The translations under genes were made by a program, and so were the position numbers. From Xanthobacteraceae bacterium (GTDB lineage: Bacteria; Pseudomonadota; Alphaproteobacteria; Rhizobiales; Xanthobacteraceae), in contig JAFAXD010000634.1 in NCBI GenBank assembly GCA_019241285.1, positions 1,323 through 65,322 on the forward strand: 64,000 nucleotides of DNA, written 5' to 3'. Positions 1 through 11,074 of the stretch are shown in pieces. The notes below the pieces were generated by a model. That model searched no databases, was not told the origin of the DNA, and saw only the letters and a list, made by a program, of their open reading frames with translations. The first letter of the stretch is position 1. Every line of letters starts with the position of its first letter.

Positions 1-239
1 CCCTGCCGTTCGGGCTCGCGCGTATGCAGGCGAGCTTTCTGCAATTCCTGCCCAAGCCTCCGCTCACCCCGGACCAGGTGGACCTGTTGCGGACTGATAA
101 TGTGGTCTCGGAAGCTGCCGCGCGCGAAGGCCGCACCCTCGAGGGACTCGGCATTCATCCCGAAGCGGTGCAGGTGATCGTGCCGACGTATTTGTGGCGG
201 TTTCGCAAGACCGGCCAGTTCGGTGCCAGAATGGCGTGA
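1..239 (+). CDS. NAD(P)-binding epimerase/dehydratase-like protein (NDUFA9 / complex I 39-kDa family), C-terminal fragment cut by window edge
   Basis: The frame is open from the window start (phase from nt 3) to the stop at 237-239. The tail ...LTPDQVDLLRTDNVVS...PTYLWRFRKTGQF resembles C-termini of alphaproteobacterial NDUFA9-like proteins, from memory only. Confidence 0.5.
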   Translation, partial: LPFGLARMQASFLQFLPKPPLTPDQVDLLRTDNVVSEAAAREGRTLEGLGIHPEAVQVIVPTYLWRFRKTGQFGARMA

Positions 240-251
240 TGGTCTGCGCCA

Positions 252-1418
252 ATGGCGACGCCGATTACCAATATTGAGGATCTGCGCGTTCTGGCCCGGC
301 GGCGCGTTCCCAAAGCACTGTTTGAATATGTGGATGGCGGCTCCTACGACGAGCTGACGTTGCGTGCCAACCGAGCGGACCTCGACGCGGTCAAGTTGCG
401 GCAGCGGGTCTTGGTCGATACGTCGCAGCGGGATCTGACGACGGCGTTGCTGGGCGAAAAGGTGGCCATGCCGGTCGCCATCGCCCCGACGGGACTGACC
501 GGCCTCATCCACGGCGACGGCGAAATCCTAGCCGCACGCGCAGCTGAAGCCGCTGGCTTGAAATTCTGCCTATCCACGCTCTCGATCTGCGCGCTCGAGG
601 ACGTCGCGAGCGCCGTCAAGCAACCGATCTGGTATCAGCTTTACGTATTCAAGGACCGCGGCTTTGCTCGCGCCATGATCGAGCGCGCGACCGCGGCGCG
701 ATGCTCGGCGATGTTCCTCACCGTCGATCTTCCCTATCGGGGGCAGCGGCACGCCGACATCAAGAACGGCCTCACGGTGCCGCCGCGGCTCACGCTGCGC
801 AATTGCTGGGATATTGCCACCAAGCCGGCTTGGGCGATGGGCGTGCTGATGAGCAAGCGTAAGTCGTTTGGCAATCTCGAAACATATCTCGGCAGCGCGC
901 CTGGATATGCGCCGACAGTCCTGAAAACTGGATCGTGGGCCACCAGCAATTCCGATCAGAGCCTGAACTGGCGCGACCTCGATTGGATACGCGAACGCTG
1001 GAAGGGCAAGCTGGTGCTCAAAGGCATCCTGGACGTGGAGGATGCCAAGCGGGCTGCGGACGAAGGGGTCGACGGCATCGTCGTCTCGAACCATGGCGGG
1101 CGCCAGCTGGATAGCGCATCCGGATCAATCTCAGTCCTGCCGCACATCGTTGACGCAGTCGGCGATCGGCTCGAAGTTTTGTTCGATGGCGGCGTGCGCT
1201 CGGGTCACGATGTGTTCAAGGCTTTGGCCCTCGGCGCGCGCGGCTGTCTGATTGGTCGCGCCTATTTGTACGGGCTTGCCGCCATGGGGCAGGCCGGTGT
1301 CGCAGCGGCGGTCGAGGTGATCCGCGAAAGCTTCGACAACGCCATGATCCTGACCGGCACCACAAACGTGGCGCAGATCACACGCGACAAGCTCTATCGC
1401 GCGCCGCTGAAGAACTGA
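252..1418 (+). CDS. FMN-dependent alpha-hydroxy acid dehydrogenase (L-lactate dehydrogenase / glycolate oxidase family)
   Basis: 388-aa ORF with the family signature VVSNHGGRQLD and N-terminal YVDGGSYDE. It is a full-length TIM-barrel-sized protein. Confidence 0.9.
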   Translation: MATPITNIEDLRVLARRRVPKALFEYVDGGSYDELTLRANRADLDAVKLRQRVLVDTSQRDLTTALLGEKVAMPVAIAPTGLTGLIHGDGEILAARAAEAAGLKFCLSTLSICALEDVASAVKQPIWYQLYVFKDRGFARAMIERATAARCSAMFLTVDLPYRGQRHADIKNGLTVPPRLTLRNCWDIATKPAWAMGVLMSKRKSFGNLETYLGSAPGYAPTVLKTGSWATSNSDQSLNWRDLDWIRERWKGKLVLKGILDVEDAKRAADEGVDGIVVSNHGGRQLDSASGSISVLPHIVDAVGDRLEVLFDGGVRSGHDVFKALALGARGCLIGRAYLYGLAAMGQAGVAAAVEVIRESFDNAMILTGTTNVAQITRDKLYRAPLKN

Positions 1419-1427
1419 TCTTCAGCC

Positions 1428-2240
1428 CTACCCTCCCAGGCCGAGGATCAGGCCGATCAATCCGAGACCTCCGACGATCAGTCGCCAAAAGCCGAACAAT
1501 GCAAAACCGTGCCGGGACACATATCCCAGGAACGTCTTCACGACGATCCAACCAAAAATGAACGACGTGATGAAGCCGACGGCAATCACCAACACATTGC
1601 TGCCGCTCAGGTGTGCGCCGCTCTTGTAGAGATCATAGGCGAACGCACCGACCATCGTCGGCATGGCCAACCAGAATGAAAATTCGGCGGCCGTGCGCCG
1701 ATCCGCGCCGAGCAGCATCGCCGATACGATCGTGGCACCTGAGCGCGAGACGCCCGGGATCATCGCCGCGCACTGGAACACGCCGATCAACAAGTAGGTC
1801 GGTAGCGAGAACTTGGTGACGTCGTGGTATTTCGGCTTAAGTGGCAGAGTATCGATCCAAAACAACACGCCGGCGCCAAGGATCAGCGTTATGCAGACAA
1901 TCCAAGGATTGAACAAAACTGTTTTGATGAAGTCATGCGCGATCGCACCAACCACGGCCGCAGGCAAAAACGCAATCAATACGCCGATGACGAACCGACG
2001 TGACGTTGCGTCGGTGAAGAATCCCAGCGCCAGCTGCCACAGCCGCGTGAAATAGATCGAGAGTAGCGCCAGGATGGCGCCGAGCTGGATCAACACCGCA
2101 AACGTCTTGCCGAAATCCTCGTCGGCAAATCCGAAGAAGTGCTCGACCAGCAGCAAATGACCCGTCGATGATACGGGAAGATATTCGGTCAGGCCTTCGA
2201 CAATCCCCAGAATGCCGGCTTTGATCAGGTCAAACAGCAT
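1428..2240 (-). CDS. uppP: undecaprenyl-diphosphate phosphatase
   Basis: Contains the motif [15 protein letters not shown] and is polytopic and hydrophobic. The ORF runs to 2327, but the family N-terminus ([12 protein letters not shown]) begins at ATG 2240. Confidence 0.9.
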   Translation of the reverse strand: MLFDLIKAGILGIVEGLTEYLPVSSTGHLLLVEHFFGFADEDFGKTFAVLIQLGAILALLSIYFTRLWQLALGFFTDATSRRFVIGVLIAFLPAAVVGAIAHDFIKTVLFNPWIVCITLILGAGVLFWIDTLPLKPKYHDVTKFSLPTYLLIGVFQCAAMIPGVSRSGATIVSAMLLGADRRTAAEFSFWLAMPTMVGAFAYDLYKSGAHLSGSNVLVIAVGFITSFIFGWIVVKTFLGYVSRHGFALFGFWRLIVGGLGLIGLILGLGG

Positions 2241-2436
2241 CGAGCGCATCTCCCAGGGTGGAATGGACGTGCGCTTGTGGCCCAAGCCGGGCGCCGGAGC
2301 AACGAAAAACCGCCGGTAGAGTCGCACTCCCCGCGTGAAGAAATCTCGCCCTGGCAGTACTGGCGCCTCTTAACGATTTGTGTACCGTTGCCCAGCAATT
2401 GTCCCGCCTCACGTCTCCGCTGGTCCGCCATCCGCA

Positions 2437-3129
2437 ATGTTGACGTTGTTCCACCACCCGCTCTGCCCATTTTCGCGTTTTGCGCGTCTGGCGCTCGCGG
2501 AATACGGATTGACAGTTCAGCTCGTCGAAGAGCGCGCATGGGATCGCCGCACAGAATTTCTGACGCTCAACCCGGCCGGAACAACCCCGGTCGTGGTCGA
2601 GGAGGGTGTGCCGCCCATCCCGGACACGCGCATTCTTGCGGAGTATCTGGATGAAACCCGCGGCGACACTCTCGGCGATCACCGCCTGTTACCAGTCCCG
2701 ATGGATGCCCGCATTGAGGTGCGCCGGCTGTTCGCCTGGTTCAATGACAAATTCGCCAGCGAAGTGAGTGGCCCACTGACGGTGGAACGCATTTTCAAGC
2801 GGCATATGCCCCGAGACCAGGGCGGCGGGCCGCCTGACATTTTCGCCATTCGCGCGGCGCTCGCTAACATTCGCTATCATTTGGCTTATGTGGGGTGGTT
2901 GGCGCGTACCCGTGATTGGCTTGCGGGTGACCGGATGAGCTACGCCGATCTCGCCGCAGCCGCGCACCTGTCGGTGGTCGACTATTTGGGTGATGTTCCG
3001 TGGGACGAGGACGAAGCCGCGAAAGCCTGGTACGCACGGGTGAAGTCACGCCCGTCGTTCCGGCCGCTGCTGGCCGACACCCATGCGGGCATTCCGCCAT
3101 CCAAGACATACGCAGACCTGGACTTCTGA
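2437..3129 (+). CDS. glutathione S-transferase family protein
   Basis: Thioredoxin-like N-terminus [20 protein letters not shown] plus a helical C-domain. The start was moved to the internal ATG 2437 because the upstream extension looks non-coding. Confidence 0.8.
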   Translation: MLTLFHHPLCPFSRFARLALAEYGLTVQLVEERAWDRRTEFLTLNPAGTTPVVVEEGVPPIPDTRILAEYLDETRGDTLGDHRLLPVPMDARIEVRRLFAWFNDKFASEVSGPLTVERIFKRHMPRDQGGGPPDIFAIRAALANIRYHLAYVGWLARTRDWLAGDRMSYADLAAAAHLSVVDYLGDVPWDEDEAAKAWYARVKSRPSFRPLLADTHAGIPPSKTYADLDF

Positions 3130-4253
3130 GCGACCTGCAGCGGGTCAAGGCGGCGCTGCGCGAAACCGCACGCGAACACGGCTTTGACGCCGTGCGCATT
3201 GCATCACCAGATGCCGCGCCGCTCGCCAAAGGGCGATTGCGTCAGTTCTTGGCCGAAGGCGCCCACGGGGACATGGGCTGGTTGGCTGACGAGCGCCGCG
3301 GCGACCCACTGGCGCTCTGGTCGGAGGTACGTGCGGTCATCCTCCTCGGCCTCAACTATGGTCCGGACCGAGATCCTCTGGCGATCTTGGAGAAACCCGA
3401 ACGGGCCGCCATCTCCGCCTACGCCCAGGGCGACGACTACCACGATCTCATCAAGCCTCGACTGAAAAGCATTGCTAGATGGCTCGTGGCAACGGCCGGC
3501 GGTGACGTCAAAGTGTTCATTGATACGGCCGCGCTGATGGAAAAACCCCTCGCGGCCGCCGCTGGGCTTGGCTGGCAGGGCAAGCACACCAACCTGGTGT
3601 CCCGTCAATTTGGATCTTGGCTTTTCATCGGCGCGATTTTTACGACGCTGCCGTTGCACCCTGATAAGGCCGAGGATGATCATTGCGGCAGTTGCCGGGC
3701 GTGCCTCGACATCTGTCCCACCGCCGCATTCCCAGCGCCCTATCGGCTCGATGCGCGGCGCTGCATCTCCTATCTCACGATCGAACACAAAGGGCCGATC
3801 GCGCGCGAGCTTCGTCCGCTCATGGGCAACCGCATCTACGGATGCGACGATTGTCTGGCCGTCTGCCCTTGGAACAAATTCGCCCGCGCGGGCCGCGAGG
3901 CCAAGCTCGCCGCCCGCACAGCGCTACAAGAACCCGAGCTGCGCAAGCTGGTCCACCTCGACGATGCGGCGTTTCGTGCGCAATTTGCGAAAACCGCTAT
4001 TAAGCGCATCGGCCGCGATCGTTTCGTGCGCAACGTGCTGATCGCAATTGGCAACAGTGCAAACCCGGCGCTTGCCGCCGAGGCCGAACCGCTCCTATCT
4101 GATCCTTCTCCGCTCGTCCGCGGCGCGGCTATATGGGCGCTGGGACGGCTCGCGCCGCAACGCCTTGCCGTTACTGCGCAAGGGCGCGAGCGGGATGTGC
4201 CGGACGTCGAAGAGGAATGGAACGCGGCGGTCAGAACTCACTCACAGCTGTGA
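3126..4253 (+). CDS. queG: epoxyqueuosine reductase
   Basis: Two 4Fe-4S motifs ([25 protein letters not shown]) and a HEAT-like C-terminus. The homologous N-terminus ([20 protein letters not shown]) starts right at the GST stop. No ATG/GTG/TTG is available there, so the start is uncertain; CTG 3126 is proposed. Confidence 0.85.
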   Translation: MSDLQRVKAALRETAREHGFDAVRIASPDAAPLAKGRLRQFLAEGAHGDMGWLADERRGDPLALWSEVRAVILLGLNYGPDRDPLAILEKPERAAISAYAQGDDYHDLIKPRLKSIARWLVATAGGDVKVFIDTAALMEKPLAAAAGLGWQGKHTNLVSRQFGSWLFIGAIFTTLPLHPDKAEDDHCGSCRACLDICPTAAFPAPYRLDARRCISYLTIEHKGPIARELRPLMGNRIYGCDDCLAVCPWNKFARAGREAKLAARTALQEPELRKLVHLDDAAFRAQFAKTAIKRIGRDRFVRNVLIAIGNSANPALAAEAEPLLSDPSPLVRGAAIWALGRLAPQRLAVTAQGRERDVPDVEEEWNAAVRTHSQL

Positions 4254-5001
4254 TCAGGCGCTCGATGTCCTCCGTGCGCGACAGCCGATGGTCACCATCC
4301 TTGACCAAAGTGAGGACCACATCATCCTGCGCCAATCGCGAGACCAGCTCGACCGCATGACCCCATGGCACATCCGGATCAAGAACGCCCTGCAGAATGC
4401 GCACGGGGCAGCCGGTCTCGATCATGCCGCCCAGCAACAAGTGCGCACGGCCATCTTCGATCAATCTCCGGGTAATCGGATATCCATCCGCTTCATATTG
4501 GGACGGACGGATCCATACCCCCTTGGTTTCCAGCTCGCGTTTGATCTTTGCTGGAAGCTTGCTCCACATCAGGACTTCGGTGAAATCGACAGCCGGGGCG
4601 ATGAGCACCAATCCGGCAAGAGATTCGGCGGCGCCACGCCGTTTGAGTTCGCGCGCGAGCAGCAGCGCCAGCCATCCGCCCATCGAGGATCCAACGACCA
4701 CTTGTGGGCCTCGGCAGAAGTGCTCGAACACAGCGACACTTTCCTCGAGCCACCGCGTCATGGTTCCGTCGAGAAACTCGCCTCCGGACTGACCATGGCC
4801 TGAATAATCAAAGCGCACGCAGGCGCGGTTGGCATTGCGCGCCCATGCAGCAAGCGCTTGTGCCTTGGTTCCGCGCAAATCGGACTTGAAGCCGCTGAGC
4901 CAGAAGATCCCGGGTGCCTCACCGGGCTGAGCCGCAACGGCTATCGCCCGCTGGTCAGACCCGGGACCGATCTCCAGGAATTCGATGCTGGGGTCCGACA
5001 T
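4231..5001 (-). CDS. alpha/beta hydrolase
   Basis: 256-aa ORF with nucleophile elbow VVGSSMGGW and a late D/H pair. It converges on queG with a 23-nt overlap. Confidence 0.8.
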   Translation of the reverse strand: MSDPSIEFLEIGPGSDQRAIAVAAQPGEAPGIFWLSGFKSDLRGTKAQALAAWARNANRACVRFDYSGHGQSGGEFLDGTMTRWLEESVAVFEHFCRGPQVVVGSSMGGWLALLLARELKRRGAAESLAGLVLIAPAVDFTEVLMWSKLPAKIKRELETKGVWIRPSQYEADGYPITRRLIEDGRAHLLLGGMIETGCPVRILQGVLDPDVPWGHAVELVSRLAQDDVVLTLVKDGDHRLSRTEDIERLITAVSEF

Positions 5002-5180
5002 AGACGCATTCTCGATGGCGCGGGTTGGGGCGCCGTGGAAGGGGCGGCTTATACGCCCGCGAAATATGTCGTGTCACGGCCGTTGACTTGAGCCGGGATT
5101 ATACCGATTGTCTTGGGGTTGAGTTTTCCGTAGGGCCGGAAAACCCGGCATTCCGTGCAACAATAGAGGAGTTTTTCGCC

Positions 5181-5720
5181 ATTCGCCGTCCGATGAGAAC
5201 CGCGCCGCCTGTCCAAAAAGACGGTCCGCGCATCAACGAGGAGATCAACGCTCGCCAAGTACACCTGATCGACAAAGACGGTAGCAACCGGGGCAATGTG
5301 TCGATTTCGGAAGCAATAGCCTTCGCCCAGGCCGCCGGTCTCGATCTGGTCGAGATCGCACCCAACGCCAGCCCACCGGTTTGCAAGCTGCTCGATTTTG
5401 GCAAATTCAAATACCAGGAGCAGAAGAAGGCCGCCGAGGCGCGTAAAAAGCAAAAGGTCGTCGAGGTCAAGGAAATCAAATTTCGTCCAATGATCGACGA
5501 TCACGATTACGACGTGAAGATGCGCTCGATGCAGCGGTTCTTCGAAGAGGGCGACAAGGTCAAAGTCACGTTGCGCTTCCGAGGCCGTGAAATGGCTCAC
5601 CAGGAGCTGGGGGCCAAGCTTTTGGACCGCGTACGCGACGACACTTCCAAATTCGCCAAAGTCGAACAAGACGCCCGCTTTGAAGGGCGGCAGATGGTCA
5701 TGGTCTTGGCACCCCGATAA
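5181..5720 (+). CDS. infC: translation initiation factor IF-3 (probable ATT start)
   Basis: Conserved [16 protein letters not shown]...[26 protein letters not shown]. In-frame ATT at 5181 lies 9 nt after GAGGAG (5166-5171), whereas the first ATG (5193) is 21 nt from it. Confidence 0.9.
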   Translation: MRRPMRTAPPVQKDGPRINEEINARQVHLIDKDGSNRGNVSISEAIAFAQAAGLDLVEIAPNASPPVCKLLDFGKFKYQEQKKAAEARKKQKVVEVKEIKFRPMIDDHDYDVKMRSMQRFFEEGDKVKVTLRFRGREMAHQELGAKLLDRVRDDTSKFAKVEQDARFEGRQMVMVLAPR

Positions 5721-5750
5721 GCGCCAGCCTGTCCTGACAATCCCTCCCCA

Positions 5751-5790
5751 CGCCCGCTGCAAATTCGACGCCGCGGGCGATTGTCTTTTG
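5751..5790 (+). terminator. candidate intrinsic terminator/attenuator after infC
   Basis: CGCCCGC (5751-5757) pairs with GCGGGCG (5773-5779) around a 15-nt loop, followed by ATTGTCTTTTG. Confidence 0.35.
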
Positions 5791-5817
5791 CGACCTGCTC
5801 TGCCATAAACCGCCCTT

Positions 5818-5851
5818 CCATCGCCCGGCCAAAGGGCTGCCGTGGCGATGG
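5818..5851 (+). promoter_or_regulatory. stable hairpin in the rpmI-rplT 5' leader (possible r-protein autoregulatory structure)
   Basis: CCATCGCC-CGGC (5818-5829) pairs with GCCG-t-GGCGATGG (5839-5851), giving 12 bp with one bulge. A second hairpin, CGTCC-TTTTT-GGACG, lies at 5876-5890. Confidence 0.3.
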
Positions 5852-5961
5852 AAAAGGCCTCAAGCGACGACGAGCGTCCTTTTTGGACGGAGGCGTCCCC
5901 AGGTAGCGGGATCCGCCGGGAGCGTTGCTTGGCATATCGACCGCTCACAAAGGAGAGCCAA

Positions 5962-6162
5962 ATGCCCAAGCTGAAGACGAAGTCGGGCGCGAAAAAGCGC
6001 TTCAAGGTTACTGGAACCGGGAAGGTTCTGTATCAGCAGTCCGGCAAGCGCCACGGCATGATCAAGCGCAGCACGAAGCAGGTCCGCGACCATCGCGGAA
6101 CCAAGGTGCTGTTCAAGACCGATGGCGACAACATCAAGAAATACTGGTTGCCGAACAGCTGA
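5962..6162 (+). CDS. rpmI: 50S ribosomal protein L35
   Basis: [22 protein letters not shown]..., with AGGAGA 5 nt upstream. The ORF-track start at 5842 is an upstream extension. Confidence 0.97.
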   Translation: MPKLKTKSGAKKRFKVTGTGKVLYQQSGKRHGMIKRSTKQVRDHRGTKVLFKTDGDNIKKYWLPNS

Positions 6163-6219
6163 CCCGGTGGCTGACCCGCTGGGTATTTCAGGACATTTCT
6201 CGGATACAGGAGATCGACG

Positions 6220-6579
6220 ATGGCCCGCGTCAAACGGGGTGTAACCACCCACGCAAAGCACAAGAAGGTTCTCAAGGCGGCCAAGGGTTATTTCGGCCGC
6301 CGCAAGAACACGATTCGCATCGCCAAACAGGCAGTTGAGAAGGCCAACCAATACGCTTACCGGGATCGCAAACGGCGCAAGCGAACGTTCCGCGCCTTGT
6401 GGATCCAGCGGCTCAATGCAGCGGTACGCGAGTTCGACCTGACTTACAGCCGATTCATCGCTGGCTTGAATAAGGCGGAGATCACGCTTGACCGCAAGGT
6501 GCTCTCGGATCTCGCCATTCAAGAGCCTGCGGCGTTCGCAGCCATTGTGGAGAAGGCGAAGGCCGCGCTCGCGGCTTGA
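6220..6579 (+). CDS. rplT: 50S ribosomal protein L20
   Basis: [30 protein letters not shown]... is a canonical L20. Confidence 0.97.
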   Translation: MARVKRGVTTHAKHKKVLKAAKGYFGRRKNTIRIAKQAVEKANQYAYRDRKRRKRTFRALWIQRLNAAVREFDLTYSRFIAGLNKAEITLDRKVLSDLAIQEPAAFAAIVEKAKAALAA

Positions 6580-6585
6580 CCGACC

Positions 6586-7086
6586 ATGATCGACCGGGCC
6601 TACGTCAGGCGCATGGCGCGCTATAACCGTTGGCAAAACCAGAACCTCTTCGGCGTTGCCGATCGCCTGTCGGATGAGGAACGCCGGCGCGACCGTGGCG
6701 CTTTCTTTGGGTCGATCCACAAGACGCTGAGCCACTTAATGTGGGCCGACCAGATCTGGATGAGCCGGCTCACCGACATGCCCGCGCCGACAGGCGGCAT
6801 TCCGGAATCGCTCTCGCTCTACCCGGAATGGGACTTGCTGCGAAGCGACCGCGCGGCGCTTGACGAGCGGATCATTGGTTGGGCGGACGACCTGGACGAA
6901 GCCGCGCTTGCGGGCGACCTGACTTGGCATTCCGCCGCGGCGAAGCGCGAGGTTGGCAAACCGACTTGGCTCCTGGTGACGCACATGTTCAATCACCAGA
7001 CTCATCACCGCGGCCAAGTGCATTGCATGCTAACCCAAGCTGGCGGCAAACCACACGATACCGACTTGGCCTTCATGCCGGAGTGA
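6586..7086 (+). CDS. DinB family (DinB/YfiT-like) metal-binding protein
   Basis: His-rich helical-bundle motifs HLMWADQIW and [14 protein letters not shown]. It is wedged 6 nt after rplT and 4 nt before pheS. Confidence 0.8.
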   Translation: MIDRAYVRRMARYNRWQNQNLFGVADRLSDEERRRDRGAFFGSIHKTLSHLMWADQIWMSRLTDMPAPTGGIPESLSLYPEWDLLRSDRAALDERIIGWADDLDEAALAGDLTWHSAAAKREVGKPTWLLVTHMFNHQTHHRGQVHCMLTQAGGKPHDTDLAFMPE

Positions 7087-7090
7087 GGCT

Positions 7091-8173
7091 GTGCCCGACA
7101 TCGACGCGCTCGAACAGGAACTCAATCAGGCAATCGCTGCTGCCGGCGATGAAGCCGCGCTGGAGGCTGTCCGTGTCGCCGCGCTTGGCCGCAAGGGTTC
7201 TGTTTCAGAGCTTTTGAAATCGCTCGGCGCCATGACCCCGGACGAACGCCGTCAGCATGGACCGCAAATTAACGGACTAAAGGATCGCATCACAGCTGCC
7301 CTCGCGGCCCGCAAAACCGGCCTTGCGGAGGTCGCGCTAGAAGCGCGGCTGAATACGGAGACTGTCGACGTCACCTTGCCGGTTCCGGATTTGCCGACGG
7401 ACTCCGGCCGCATCCATCCAATCAGTCAGGTGATCGACGAATTGACGGCGATCTTCGCCGATATGGGTTTCGCGGTTGCCGAGGGGCCGGATATCGAGAC
7501 CGACGATTTGAACTTCACCAAACTGAACTTCCCCGAGGCCCATCCGGCCCGCGACATGCACGATACATTCTTCTTCAACCCGAAGCCGGACGGCTCGCGC
7601 TTGCTACTTCGCACCCATACCTCGCCGGTACAGGTACGGACCATGCAAACGCAGAAGCCGCCGATCCGCGTGATCATTCCGGGCCGCACATACCGAAGTG
7701 ATTCAGACCAGACCCACACCCCGATGTTCCACCAAGTCGAGGGGCTGGTGATCGATAAGAGCTCACACCTTGGCCACCTCAAATGGATTCTAGCCGAGTT
7801 CTGCAAGGCGTTCTTCGAGGTGGACGATGTGAAGATGCGGTTCCGCCCGTCGTTCTTCCCGTTCACCGAGCCCTCACTCGAGGTCGATATCCAATGCCGT
7901 CGCGACAAAAACGAAATCCGGTTTGGTGAGGGCGAGGATTGGCTGGAGATCCTCGGCTGCGGGATGGTGCATCCCAATGTGCTGCGCAATTGCGGGCTCG
8001 ATCCTGATGAGTATCAAGGTTTTGCCTGGGGCATGGGGATCGATCGTATCGCCATGCTCAAATATGGCATGCCCGACCTGCGCGCTTTCTTTGAGGCCGA
8101 CGTGCGCTGGCTCGCCCACTACGGGTTCCGCCCGCTCGATTTTCCGACGCTCGCTGGGGGATTGAGTTCGTGA
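7091..8173 (+). CDS. pheS: phenylalanine--tRNA ligase subunit alpha
   Basis: GTG start and class II motifs ([30 protein letters not shown]). Confidence 0.97.
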   Translation: MPDIDALEQELNQAIAAAGDEAALEAVRVAALGRKGSVSELLKSLGAMTPDERRQHGPQINGLKDRITAALAARKTGLAEVALEARLNTETVDVTLPVPDLPTDSGRIHPISQVIDELTAIFADMGFAVAEGPDIETDDLNFTKLNFPEAHPARDMHDTFFFNPKPDGSRLLLRTHTSPVQVRTMQTQKPPIRVIIPGRTYRSDSDQTHTPMFHQVEGLVIDKSSHLGHLKWILAEFCKAFFEVDDVKMRFRPSFFPFTEPSLEVDIQCRRDKNEIRFGEGEDWLEILGCGMVHPNVLRNCGLDPDEYQGFAWGMGIDRIAMLKYGMPDLRAFFEADVRWLAHYGFRPLDFPTLAGGLSS

Positions 8174-10584
8174 AGTTCACCCTCGCCTGGCTCAAAGAGC
8201 ATCTCGAGACGGGAGAACCGCTCGACCGACTTGTCGACAAGCTCACGATGATTGGGCTTGAGGTCGAGCGCGTCGACGACAGGGCCAAGACGCTTGCGCC
8301 ATTCACGATTGCGCGGGTGATCTCGGCCGAACAGCATCCCAATGCGGATCGGCTGCGCGTTTGCATTGTCGACACCGGAACGGGCGATCCCGTCCAGGTG
8401 GTCTGTGGCGCCCCAAACGCGCGCGCTGGCATGACTGGGGTATTCTCACCGCCTGGATCATTCATTCCCGGCAAGGACCTGACGCTCGGCGTCGGCAAGA
8501 TCCGCGGTGTTGAAAGCCGAGGCATGCTGGTCTCCGAATTTGAGCTGCAGATCTCGGATGATCACGAAGGCATTATCGACCTGCCCGCGGATGCTCCGGT
8601 AGGAGCGAACTATGCGGCCTGGGCCGGCCTCGACGATCCGATGATCGAGATCAATCTGACACCCAACAGGCCCGATTGCACCGGCGTCAGCGGTGTGGCG
8701 CGCGACCTTGCCGCGGCGCGGATGGGCAAGCTCAAGACGGTTCCCGTGGCGCCCGTGGCCGGTGCGTTTCCGTGTCCGGTAAGCGTTTCCCTCGATTTCG
8801 GTTCTACGCCTTCGCTCTGCCCCGGCTTCGCGTTGCGCCTGGTGCGCGGCGTGAAGAACGGGCCGAGCCCCGACTGGCTCCAGCGCCGGCTGATCGCAAT
8901 TGGGCTACGCCCGATCAATGCATTGGTCGATATCACCAACTACATCACCTACGACCGCGCACGGCCTTTGCACGTATTTGATGCGGCCAAAGTGACCGGT
9001 GATCTCGTGGTTCGACGGGGGCGCATCGGCGAGACCCTCGTGGCCCTCGACGGCAAGACCTACACCCTCGACGACAGCATGTGTGTCATTGCCGATGCGC
9101 ACGGCGTGGAATCGCTCGCCGGCATCATGGGAGGCGAGGCGAGCGGGTGCTCAGCGGAAACGACCGATGTGCTGATCGAATCGGCGTTGTGGGACCCGAT
9201 GAACATCGCGCAAACCGGCCGCAAGCTCGGCATCAACTCGGACGCACGTTATCGCTTCGAGCGCGGGGTTGACCCTTCATTCGCGATCCCAGGACTGGAA
9301 CTCGCGACGCGGATGGTTCTGGATCTCGGTGGCGGTACGCCCTCGAGCATCACAGCTGTCGGAGATTTCAACCCGCCGCAGCGCGTAATTGAATTTCCGT
9401 TGCGCGAGGTCGAGCGCCTCGGCGGACTTCGCGTCGATCCGGCCGAAGTCGGCCGGATCCTCCGTGACATTGGCTGTAGCGTCGCCGGCAACGGGCCGTC
9501 CTTACGGGTGACCGTTCCATCGTGGCGCCCAGACATCGAGGGCAAGGCTGACCTCGTCGAAGAGGTGGTGCGCCTCGTCGGCGTGGAGCAAATCCAACTT
9601 GCACCGTTCGATCGGGGCGACGGACCGCGCAAGCCGGTCCTCACATCGATCCAACGGCGGACCCGCCGGGCGAAACGCGCACTTGCGGCGCGCGGACTGG
9701 TGGAAGCCGTGACGTGGTCATTCGTCTCCAAGCCGCAAGCCGAACTGTTCGGCGGCGGCAAACCCGATCTTGCGCTCGCCAACCCGATTGCGAGCGACCT
9801 CTCGGATATGCGGCCAAGCCTCATTCCCGGGCTTGTCATGGCAGCCCAACGCAATGCGGACCGAGGCTTTCCGGACGTCGCGCTGTTTGAGGTCGGCCAG
9901 ATCTTCCAGGGTGACCAGCCGGAGCAACAGCTCACCGCTGCCGCAGCCGTGCGGCGTCACCGCGCAAAGCCGACGGGCGGACGACACTGGTCGACTGGCG
10001 GCCATGAGGTCGATGTGTTCGACGCCAAGGCAGATGCGCTTTCGCTGTTGGCAGCGGCCGGCGCACCGGTGCAGTCCATGCAGATCGTCGCTGGTGGACC
10101 TACTTGGTTGCATCCTGGGCGCTCAGGCACGATCCAAATCGGGCCGCAGAATGTGCTTGGTTGGTTCGGGCAATTGCATCCCAAGACTCTGCAGGTGCTG
10201 GGCGCCGACGGTCCGCTGGTCGCGTTCGAGGTGTTTCTGGAGCGCATTCCCGAACCAAAGGCCAGGGCAACGCGCGCGAAGCCGCAGCTCGAGCTCTCCC
10301 CGTTCCAACCGGTGGAGCGCGATTTTGCTTTCGTGGTCCCGCGCACGGCGCGAGCCAGCGATATCGTGCGCGCCGCGCAAGGCGTTGATCGCAAACTCAT
10401 CACCAACATCAACGTATTTGATGTGTATGAGGGTCCGGGAATCGACCCGGACAAGAAGTCTGTTGCCATCGCGGTGACATTGCAGCCCCGTGAAAAGACG
10501 ATGACCGATGAGGAGATCGACGCGATATCCGCCAAGATCATTGCAGAGGTGGGCAAGCGCGCGGGCGCTGTACTGCGCGGCTAA
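8170..10584 (+). CDS. pheT: phenylalanine--tRNA ligase subunit beta
   Basis: 804 aa. GTG start overlaps the pheS stop (GTGA). The tRNA-binding, B3/4, B5 and FDX-ACB domain order is recognisable. Confidence 0.97.
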   Translation: MKFTLAWLKEHLETGEPLDRLVDKLTMIGLEVERVDDRAKTLAPFTIARVISAEQHPNADRLRVCIVDTGTGDPVQVVCGAPNARAGMTGVFSPPGSFIPGKDLTLGVGKIRGVESRGMLVSEFELQISDDHEGIIDLPADAPVGANYAAWAGLDDPMIEINLTPNRPDCTGVSGVARDLAAARMGKLKTVPVAPVAGAFPCPVSVSLDFGSTPSLCPGFALRLVRGVKNGPSPDWLQRRLIAIGLRPINALVDITNYITYDRARPLHVFDAAKVTGDLVVRRGRIGETLVALDGKTYTLDDSMCVIADAHGVESLAGIMGGEASGCSAETTDVLIESALWDPMNIAQTGRKLGINSDARYRFERGVDPSFAIPGLELATRMVLDLGGGTPSSITAVGDFNPPQRVIEFPLREVERLGGLRVDPAEVGRILRDIGCSVAGNGPSLRVTVPSWRPDIEGKADLVEEVVRLVGVEQIQLAPFDRGDGPRKPVLTSIQRRTRRAKRALAARGLVEAVTWSFVSKPQAELFGGGKPDLALANPIASDLSDMRPSLIPGLVMAAQRNADRGFPDVALFEVGQIFQGDQPEQQLTAAAAVRRHRAKPTGGRHWSTGGHEVDVFDAKADALSLLAAAGAPVQSMQIVAGGPTWLHPGRSGTIQIGPQNVLGWFGQLHPKTLQVLGADGPLVAFEVFLERIPEPKARATRAKPQLELSPFQPVERDFAFVVPRTARASDIVRAAQGVDRKLITNINVFDVYEGPGIDPDKKSVAIAVTLQPREKTMTDEEIDAISAKIIAEVGKRAGAVLRG

Positions 10585-10622
10585 GCCTGATCGGTTGAAA
10601 GCCTGACGACGGGTCCGTCGGG

Positions 10623-11033
10623 CTATTCACATCCCGCGCCCACGCACGCCTTCTCAAGCTCGGGAAATGGCTTGTAGGCCGCCCACGAACACTGCTCAGG
10701 TGTCGCCTGCAGAAACTGAGTCATGTGGCCCTGGTAAAAGTAAACAAGCCGCTCGGTCAGACCGGTATACCCGGGAGAATCTGACATTCTCGGATTGTAT
10801 CGGACACAAACGGCATAGCGCTCCGCATTATCGATCTGTCGCAGTGTCGGATCCGTAATGCTCGCCTCCCGCGCACCGATCAGTTTGTCCTTTTTGAGGG
10901 ACTCGATGATGAGCTTCTTGTAGTCGGTCGGAAAAACATTGGCTTCGATCTTGGCCGGATCAGTCGAACAGGCGCTCAGCACAACAATCAGAAACAATAG
11001 CCACGACTGCGGTCCAGCAATTTTCATGATCAT
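10623..11033 (-). CDS. hypothetical lipoprotein
   Basis: Signal peptide plus lipobox LFLIVVLSAC and four further Cys. I recognise no family. GC looks lower than its neighbours by eye. Confidence 0.6.
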   Translation of the reverse strand: MIMKIAGPQSWLLFLIVVLSACSTDPAKIEANVFPTDYKKLIIESLKKDKLIGAREASITDPTLRQIDNAERYAVCVRYNPRMSDSPGYTGLTERLVYFYQGHMTQFLQATPEQCSWAAYKPFPELEKACVGAGCE

Positions 11034-11074
11034 GTCGTCTCCTGCCCCGGCGACAAGTATCTACTTGGTATCGG

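Noticed and set aside
5049-6005. 318-aa minus-strand ORF spanning infC and rpmI
   Set aside because: It is antisense to two highly conserved genes and has an Arg/Gly/Pro-rich, low-complexity translation. This is the usual high-GC shadow ORF.
8610-10556. Multiple 100-235-aa alternative-frame ORFs within pheT
   Set aside because: All of them overlap the 804-aa PheT frame and have Arg/Ser/Pro-rich composition typical of off-frame translation in GC-rich DNA.
10608-10621. CGACGG-gt-CCGTCG mini-hairpin between the convergent pheT and the lipoprotein gene
   Set aside because: A 6-bp stem with a 2-nt loop and no U-tract is too weak to call a terminator.
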